NCBI GenBank assembly: GCA_038227875.1
Contig: JBBRPR010000026.1
Location: 1-64,000 of the forward strand
Direction of reading: 5' to 3'
DNA length: 64,000 bases
Origin: Planctomycetota bacterium
GTDB taxonomy: Bacteria; Planctomycetota; SZUA-567; H5-PLA8
The notes under the pieces were generated by a model. That model saw nothing but the letters and a program-made list of their open reading frames with translations. It made no database searches and was not told the DNA's origin. A program made the position numbers and the translations under genes. Below, piece by piece: positions 58,167-64,000 of the stretch (within the stretch, counting starts at the first letter, position 1; each line of letters starts with the position of its first letter).

Positions 58167-58344
58167 CCTTCTAGACGTGCATCAAGGACCCACATCATGT
58201 GCAGTCTTTGTTAGGGCGAATATTTACTTATTCGTATTGATTACAGTTGCATTGACAGTAAGTCGAAATATTGAATGGAAACTGATTTTCATGCGTCAAA
58301 TAAGGACTGTTGTGATTCGAAACTCTGCGAAAGGATGTCACGAA

Positions 58345-60480
58345 ATGCGTAATGTGCTGTTAGCAGGCGTAGTTGCGACTCTCGGGCTGGTCTGGTCCGG
58401 GCACGCCGTCGCCTCGGAAGGGTTCGACGATTTGGCCAAGCTCGCCAAGTCGGGCGTCAACGATGATGTGATGCTGGCATATATCGATGCATCGCCCGTT
58501 GCTTACGAACTGACCGTGGACGAAATTCTGTTCTTCAACGATTTGGGCCTCGCGCCGAAAGTCGTTGCCGCTGCGGTGAAGCACGGCAAGGAACTGCGCG
58601 CCACGAACCCGGCGCCTGCCGCGCCCGTCGCCGCCGACGATCCGCCCGCTCCGCGTCCCGCTCTGGCTCCTCCGCCGGCGGCTCGCCCGGTGGTGGACAA
58701 TGGCGACGTTGAAAATGTCAACGACCCCGTGCCGATCACGCAAGCTCCCGTAACCACGATTTCGGAAGCGCCGCAGGAAGTCTATTCGACCACGACGGTC
58801 GTAGCGCCGCCGCCGGAACAGGCCAACCTCTCGTTCTTCTACGATGCGCTGAGCCCGTACGGCTCGTGGATCAATCTGGATGGCAACTACGTCTGGCAGC
58901 CGAACACGATCTCTGTCGATCCCAACTGGCGGCCGTACTGCCAGCGCGGACATTGGGTCTACACCGACGCAGGCTGGGCGTGGCAGTCGGATTACTCGTG
59001 GGGCTGGGCGCCGTTTCACTACGGCCGCTGGTCGCGCCACGATCGCTACGGTTGGGTGTGGTCTCCGGACACCACCTGGGGTCCGGCGTGGGTCTCCTGG
59101 CGCAACGACGGCACGCATGCCGGCTGGGCGCCGTTGCCGCCCCGCACTCGCGTTGAAGCGGGCGTGGGTCTCCACTTTGGCGGCAAGCATGTCGCGGTGG
59201 ACCTGGACTTCGGCATCACTGAACGCGACTACACGTTCGTTCCCGTCGAACACGTCTGCGAAACAAATCTGACGTCCTACTACGTCCGCGGCGGCGAAGT
59301 CTCGATCGTCTACAATCGGACCAGCTACGTGCGCGACAACTACAGCTACGATCACGACCGCGTGTTCAACCGCGGCATCTCGGTGGAATTTGTGGCCGAA
59401 CGTTCGCACCGCGAAATTCGCCCGATCACCATCGTCGACGTGAACGTGCAGGTCGGTGCGCCGATCCGCGGCACCACCGTGACCAACAGTTCGTTTGCCG
59501 TTTACCGCCCGGCGATCAAGAACGAAGCGCCGATCAATCCTGAAGTGGTCGCCGCGCGCCGTGAAGAAGAAGCCAAGCGCGTCGCCATCCGCCAGCAGGC
59601 CGCGACGGAGAAGGCCGCGATCCGCCAGCAGAATTCGGTGGACCGCACCGCCGCTCGCCAGGAAGCCACCACCGCTGAAGTGCAGGCCCGCCGCGACGCC
59701 GAAGCCCGCAAGGTTCAGGCCGCTGCCGAAGCTCGCGCCGCCGCCGCCGAAAGCCGCGCGCAGACCAAGGAACAGCGCGATGCAGAAGTTGCTGCGCGCG
59801 AACAGGCTCGCCAGGCCGCTGAAACCAAGGCGAAGGAATCGCGCTTGGACAACGCGGCCGCGCGTCAGGCTGATGCTGAAGCCAAGGCGCAGGCCCGCCG
59901 CGATGCCGAAGCCAAGGCGGCAGCTGCACGGCAGGACAACACCGCTGCGCGGCAGGCCGATCTGGCTGCCAAGGAGCAGGCGCGCCGCGATGCCGCCGCG
60001 AAGGATCAGGCTGACGATCAGGCCCGTGAACAGGCCCGCCGCGACGCCGCAGCCAAGGCCGCCGCCGAACGCCAGCAGAACGCTGCTGCGCGCAAGGCTG
60101 ACGAAGATGCGCGCGAACAGGCACGCCGCGATGCGTTGGCCAAGGCGCAGGCCGACCGCCAGCAGGCCGCTGAAACCAAGCGCGAACAGACCAACGACGG
60201 TTCCGAAGCCCGCAAGGCCGACCAGCTGGCCAAGGAACAGGCCCGCCGCGACGCCGAAGCCAAGGCCGCCGCCGATCGCCAGGCCAACGCTGCCGCTCGC
60301 GAACAGGCTCGCAAGGAAGCCGCCGCCAAGGAAGCCGCGGAAGCACAGGCCCGCAAGGATGCCCGCGCCGCCGCCGCCGCTGCGCGCAATCCCGCCAGCG
60401 ACGGACAGCCGGATCCGAACAATCCCAACGATCCGGACAATCCGAAGCCGAACAAGAAGAAGAAGAAGAACGACGACTGA
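58345..60480 (+). CDS. Secreted DUF6600-type Trp/Gly-rich protein with long Ala/Arg/Glu/Gln coiled-coil tail
   Basis: Signal peptide; YDALSPYGSW, WRPY, WGWAPFHYGRW, WGPAWVSW, GWAPLPP; EQARRDA repeats. Confidence 0.85.
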   Translation: MRNVLLAGVVATLGLVWSGHAVASEGFDDLAKLAKSGVNDDVMLAYIDASPVAYELTVDEILFFNDLGLAPKVVAAAVKHGKELRATNPAPAAPVAADDPPAPRPALAPPPAARPVVDNGDVENVNDPVPITQAPVTTISEAPQEVYSTTTVVAPPPEQANLSFFYDALSPYGSWINLDGNYVWQPNTISVDPNWRPYCQRGHWVYTDAGWAWQSDYSWGWAPFHYGRWSRHDRYGWVWSPDTTWGPAWVSWRNDGTHAGWAPLPPRTRVEAGVGLHFGGKHVAVDLDFGITERDYTFVPVEHVCETNLTSYYVRGGEVSIVYNRTSYVRDNYSYDHDRVFNRGISVEFVAERSHREIRPITIVDVNVQVGAPIRGTTVTNSSFAVYRPAIKNEAPINPEVVAARREEEAKRVAIRQQAATEKAAIRQQNSVDRTAARQEATTAEVQARRDAEARKVQAAAEARAAAAESRAQTKEQRDAEVAAREQARQAAETKAKESRLDNAAARQADAEAKAQARRDAEAKAAAARQDNTAARQADLAAKEQARRDAAAKDQADDQAREQARRDAAAKAAAERQQNAAARKADEDAREQARRDALAKAQADRQQAAETKREQTNDGSEARKADQLAKEQARRDAEAKAAADRQANAAAREQARKEAAAKEAAEAQARKDARAAAAAARNPASDGQPDPNNPNDPDNPKPNKKKKKNDD

Positions 60481-60507
60481 GTCGATCACTGTTGTAATGC
60501 CGAATAC

Positions 60508-60543
60508 AGCTCGGGGACCGGAAACGGTCCCCGAGCTTTTTTT
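60508..60543 (+). terminator. Intrinsic terminator
   Basis: AGCTCGGGGACCG-GAAA-CGGTCCCCGAGCT-TTTTTT. Confidence 0.92.
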
Positions 60544-60641
60544 CACGCGTGCAATTTCTGCCACTATTTAATTTGTAACAACAGCCGCCTAGAATGGTTT
60601 AGAATGAGTGATTCCAACTGGGCGTGAGGGCGGACCGCGGC

Positions 60642-63600
60642 ATGCAGGCGCAGCTTCGAAGACTGATACTCGTATTCTGCGCCGCCCTGCCTGTTTTTGC
60701 CGGAGAGGTCCCGTCGACTCCGCCACCTGCAACCGCTGCCTTTATTTCCGACCTCAAGCAGAAGTTCGAAACGTTTGGCGACTGGTCGTTGACGCAGAAT
60801 CGCAAGACCGATTCGCGATCGCTCAGTTGCGAGGGCGCGAATGTGTGGGACCTGCGCTCTTTTCGCACGCTCACCATTCGCGCCGCCTGCCGCAGTACTG
60901 AAGCGGTGCTGATCCATCTGCGCTGGCGCATCACCAGCAAAGCGGGCGGTCTGTACGAAGTGGATCGGCCCGTGGCGCTCAGCGCACTGGCGCCCGTGGA
61001 CGTCCAGCTTCCGCTCACGCCGGAAGCCGGGACGCTCATTCCCGTCGGCCATCAACGCCCCTGGGACGACCTGGCGGCCGCGGAAGTCACCGCGCTGGAA
61101 TTGCAGGCCGAATGGCGCGCGCCGTACGTGGTTGAAACGGCGCCGATCACGCTGAGCCAGCTTGCGCTCGAATCCCGCGAAACCGCGCCGATAACGCCAA
61201 AACTCCTGGACCTTGAACTCTCCGCCGTCGGAAAGAATTCGCGCGCGAAAGCGGTGTTGAGCTTCCGCATCGAGCCGCCGCCGGCCGATCCGTTCGCGGT
61301 GGAGGGTGCCGGCGACGTCCGCGTGATCCAGCCCGACGGCACGGAAGTGCTGGCGTGGCTCGACCAGAAAGATACCGGCGTCAACGACGGCAGCGCGGAA
61401 CGGAGCATCGCCGTGGGACATTCGGTCTGGCGTGCGTTCGTGAATTCCGGCGACGCCGGCGCGCGCTTCCAAATCCGCAGCGGTTCGCGCACGTGGTCGG
61501 TGCGCGGATTGCCATTGATGCCGGCCGCGGAGCTCTCACCGGAAACGCATTATCGATGGCAACCGGAGTTGCGTATCGACGGTCCGGAATTTCCGGGCGC
61601 GCTGTCCGCGTTTCCGCCGGCGCGCGTGCTCGATGGCCATGGCGTGTGGTTGGCGGCGCCGGAATTGGCGAAGGGCGCAAAGCACTGGCGGCCGGTGCCA
61701 TTCTGGAATGCCGCATGGAATCGCTTCGACGGCTTTCGCGCGGTGAACTTCGCCGATGCTCAGCGGCTGGACGCGGAACTCGACGCACTGGCCAACGAGA
61801 AAACCGCACTACCGCTCGACATTCTTCCCGGTGAAACGCTGGGCGTCTCGGGACCGTTCAACTGGCATTCCCATCTCCTGCGTGAACAACTGGCGACGCG
61901 CGGCGCCGTCTGCACGGATGCGGCGGCGTTAGCGTTTTATCAACGCTGGATGCGCTACTGCATCGCGCGCTACGGCGCGTCGCGCGCGGTACGGAATTTT
62001 GCGATTACCACGGCGCTCAATGCGCCGGAGGTTGCGGCCTTTCACGTCAAGCTCGCGGAGTGGCTCAGCACGCTGCCGCACGATCCGGACGTGCCGATCG
62101 TCAGCACCGATCCGCTCGCCGTGCCTTTTGAAGAGACCGGTGCCGTCGAGAATTTCGAGAAAACGTCCGCGTCGCCGCTGGTCCGTTGGCATGCCGACCT
62201 GCGCGTTCAGCGCGCATCGGTCGCGCTGCTTCCGGCTGGAAAGAGCGGGGAACCGGCCAGCCTGGAAATTAAAGCATACGATCCCGCCGCGACTGCGCTG
62301 GCCGTGGCGGGCACCTACCAATTCGGAGCGCCGCGCGTGGTTGCAGAGAGCGACGGCCTGACATTCGATCTCTTCGTGCCCCAGGATGCGCCGCCGGATC
62401 TCCGTGCCGGCGTACATTTGTGTACGCTGAGCGGCGATTGGTTCGACGCGGTCTTTTCAGAACTGCTGCGGCCCGGCGAATGGAACCGTTTCGTTCTGGA
62501 CCTCACCGCACAGAACCGCAACGCGCTCCATTGTGTGACCGGCGCCGAAAACTGGTCGGAGGCGAATCACGCGCGGCTCAGCGAACTGGGTATTCATTGC
62601 TTCAGCACGCACCCGTCGTTCACGGCGCGCGGCAAGGTTCAAGTGCTGACGCTGCGCGTCGGTCCGATTCGGGGCATCCGCTTCCGCCCTACTGCTGGAG
62701 CCAGCGACGACATCGCGCTCTCGGCCAATGCGGCGCGCACCTGGCCGCCGGAAACGCTGCAGGCGCTGAGCAACTTCGATGCGCGCGACATGGAATTGCT
62801 CAATCCATGGCAGGCCGACGGGCGGCTGGGCAAAGCGTCCGGCGCGTCGCTCTACCGCGCCGGCCCGGATAACAAAACGTGCTTCGAAGTCCGCGCGACG
62901 GATGCCAAGACGCTGGCGATCGGCGCGGTCGGCCGCTACCTCTTCGGCACGGCCGGTGATTTCTCGAATGCTGACACGCTGGTCTACGATCTCTGGATTC
63001 CTGCCAACGCGCCGCCGGACCTCCGCACCGGAATTCACTTTGTCGACCAGGATGGGCGTTGGGTCGAGACGGTGTTGCAGGCCCCGCCGATGCCCGGTGA
63101 GTGGACCACCTTTGCCGTCGACCTCACTTCAGCGAACGTGCAGCGAATACACGCCTTTCCGGCCGACGAGCAGTGGAAGCCTGGCGCGGTGAAGCGGTTT
63201 TTCGAGGTGGGCGTACATCTATTCAGCACGCATCCCAACTGGATCCCGCGCAACGAGGGCGCGCCGTTGCCGTTGTCGCTGCGTGTGGCCAACATCCGTG
63301 CCGTGCGCGCGCTGCCGCACACCGTCATTGCGCCACAGGTCGCGGAGACCGCTCCGCGCGGCGCGCCGACGCGGGTCGCGTCGCTTTCCGACACCAAACC
63401 CGCTGTCTACGCGTGGTTCGCCGACGAACGGACCGGTTCGCCGTGCAATGGGCAGATCACGGTTAACGAAGGGTTCACGATTTTCACGCTGACGGCGACG
63501 CAGGTAAATCCCAAGTCGCTGTGCCTGACCGCGAAAGATTCCGGCCGCGCCGCGCATTGGGATCAGCCGGCCAACGACAATCTGTTTTCCGCTGATGCGC

Positions 63601-64000
63601 TGGTCTTCCAAGTCTGGTGCCCGGCAGAGCAGCCGCCCGGCCGTGTCGGCGTGCACTTCCGCGACCGCAATGGGCTCTGGTTTGAAACGCTGCTGCCCGG
63701 AACACTCATTCCCAATGAGTGGACGACGTATGGCGTCGACCTCACGGGATCGAACGTCCATCAACTGAAGGCTGTCGGACACGTTGCGCCCTGGACCGAC
63801 TACAGCCGGCAGCGCGTCGGCGAACTCGGCATCCACATCTTCCCGCCGCCGAATTCCGGACCGCCGTCGAAATTCGCCTTCGAGACCCGCGTTCGCGATG
63901 TTCACACCGTCGCGTTCGAAAGCATTCAGCCGCGTAAGAGCACGACTATTACGCTATTTGATCCGGAGGCGCAGAAGGAACTCCCGCCAGGCGGCGCCGC
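60642..64000 (+). CDS. Large secreted carbohydrate-related protein, 3'-truncated by the window (CBM-like repeats, DUF5060-like Ig, degenerate GH5-like domain)
   Basis: Hand-translated: MQAQLRRLILVFCAALPVFA signal; no stop seen to the window end; repeated LxxDLxxPxxAPPDLRxGxH...PGEWxxFxxDLT; absent from the ORF track. Confidence 0.8.
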   Translation, partial: MQAQLRRLILVFCAALPVFAGEVPSTPPPATAAFISDLKQKFETFGDWSLTQNRKTDSRSLSCEGANVWDLRSFRTLTIRAACRSTEAVLIHLRWRITSKAGGLYEVDRPVALSALAPVDVQLPLTPEAGTLIPVGHQRPWDDLAAAEVTALELQAEWRAPYVVETAPITLSQLALESRETAPITPKLLDLELSAVGKNSRAKAVLSFRIEPPPADPFAVEGAGDVRVIQPDGTEVLAWLDQKDTGVNDGSAERSIAVGHSVWRAFVNSGDAGARFQIRSGSRTWSVRGLPLMPAAELSPETHYRWQPELRIDGPEFPGALSAFPPARVLDGHGVWLAAPELAKGAKHWRPVPFWNAAWNRFDGFRAVNFADAQRLDAELDALANEKTALPLDILPGETLGVSGPFNWHSHLLREQLATRGAVCTDAAALAFYQRWMRYCIARYGASRAVRNFAITTALNAPEVAAFHVKLAEWLSTLPHDPDVPIVSTDPLAVPFEETGAVENFEKTSASPLVRWHADLRVQRASVALLPAGKSGEPASLEIKAYDPAATALAVAGTYQFGAPRVVAESDGLTFDLFVPQDAPPDLRAGVHLCTLSGDWFDAVFSELLRPGEWNRFVLDLTAQNRNALHCVTGAENWSEANHARLSELGIHCFSTHPSFTARGKVQVLTLRVGPIRGIRFRPTAGASDDIALSANAARTWPPETLQALSNFDARDMELLNPWQADGRLGKASGASLYRAGPDNKTCFEVRATDAKTLAIGAVGRYLFGTAGDFSNADTLVYDLWIPANAPPDLRTGIHFVDQDGRWVETVLQAPPMPGEWTTFAVDLTSANVQRIHAFPADEQWKPGAVKRFFEVGVHLFSTHPNWIPRNEGAPLPLSLRVANIRAVRALPHTVIAPQVAETAPRGAPTRVASLSDTKPAVYAWFADERTGSPCNGQITVNEGFTIFTLTATQVNPKSLCLTAKDSGRAAHWDQPANDNLFSADALVFQVWCPAEQPPGRVGVHFRDRNGLWFETLLPGTLIPNEWTTYGVDLTGSNVHQLKAVGHVAPWTDYSRQRVGELGIHIFPPPNSGPPSKFAFETRVRDVHTVAFESIQPRKSTTITLFDPEAQKELPPGGA

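Noticed and set aside
58252..58280. Sigma70 promoter at TTGACA
   Set aside because: No acceptable -10 at 16-18 nt spacing
58360..60564. 734-aa minus-strand ORF
   Set aside because: Antisense shadow of the repetitive DUF6600-type gene
60564..63937. Many short ORFs listed in the last 3.4 kb
   Set aside because: All are alternative-frame or antisense shadows of the single long ORF starting at 60642

Overview
GC-rich bacterial chromosome segment. Gene content (HEAT-repeat, PKD/Ig, DUF6600-type and Zn-ribbon kinase proteins) suggests Planctomycetota/PVC, which is an inference. It holds about 45 CDS and one tRNA-Ser(GGA). Housekeeping genes are nagA, queF, ruvA, ruvB, bcp, pabB/pabC-like, priA, tal, tsaD and a TrmH methylase, interspersed with sugar-catabolic enzymes and many secreted proteins. 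No CRISPR array, integrase or transposase was seen. Main observations: (1) two unrelated giant surface proteins share a basic ~140-aa beta-rich C-terminal domain after PKD, a candidate lineage-specific sorting/export signal; (2) cargo domains are inserted into the same loop of two Ig scaffolds; (3) a >3.3-kb ORF missing from the ORF track carries an apparently dead GH5-like domain and CBM-like repeats; (4) a nucleotidyltransferase sits between ruvA and ruvB; (5) heptamer tandem arrays, inverted-repeat cassettes and REP-like doublets are dense in intergenic space, often anchored on stop codons. All family assignments come from motif recognition by eye; no searches were run.
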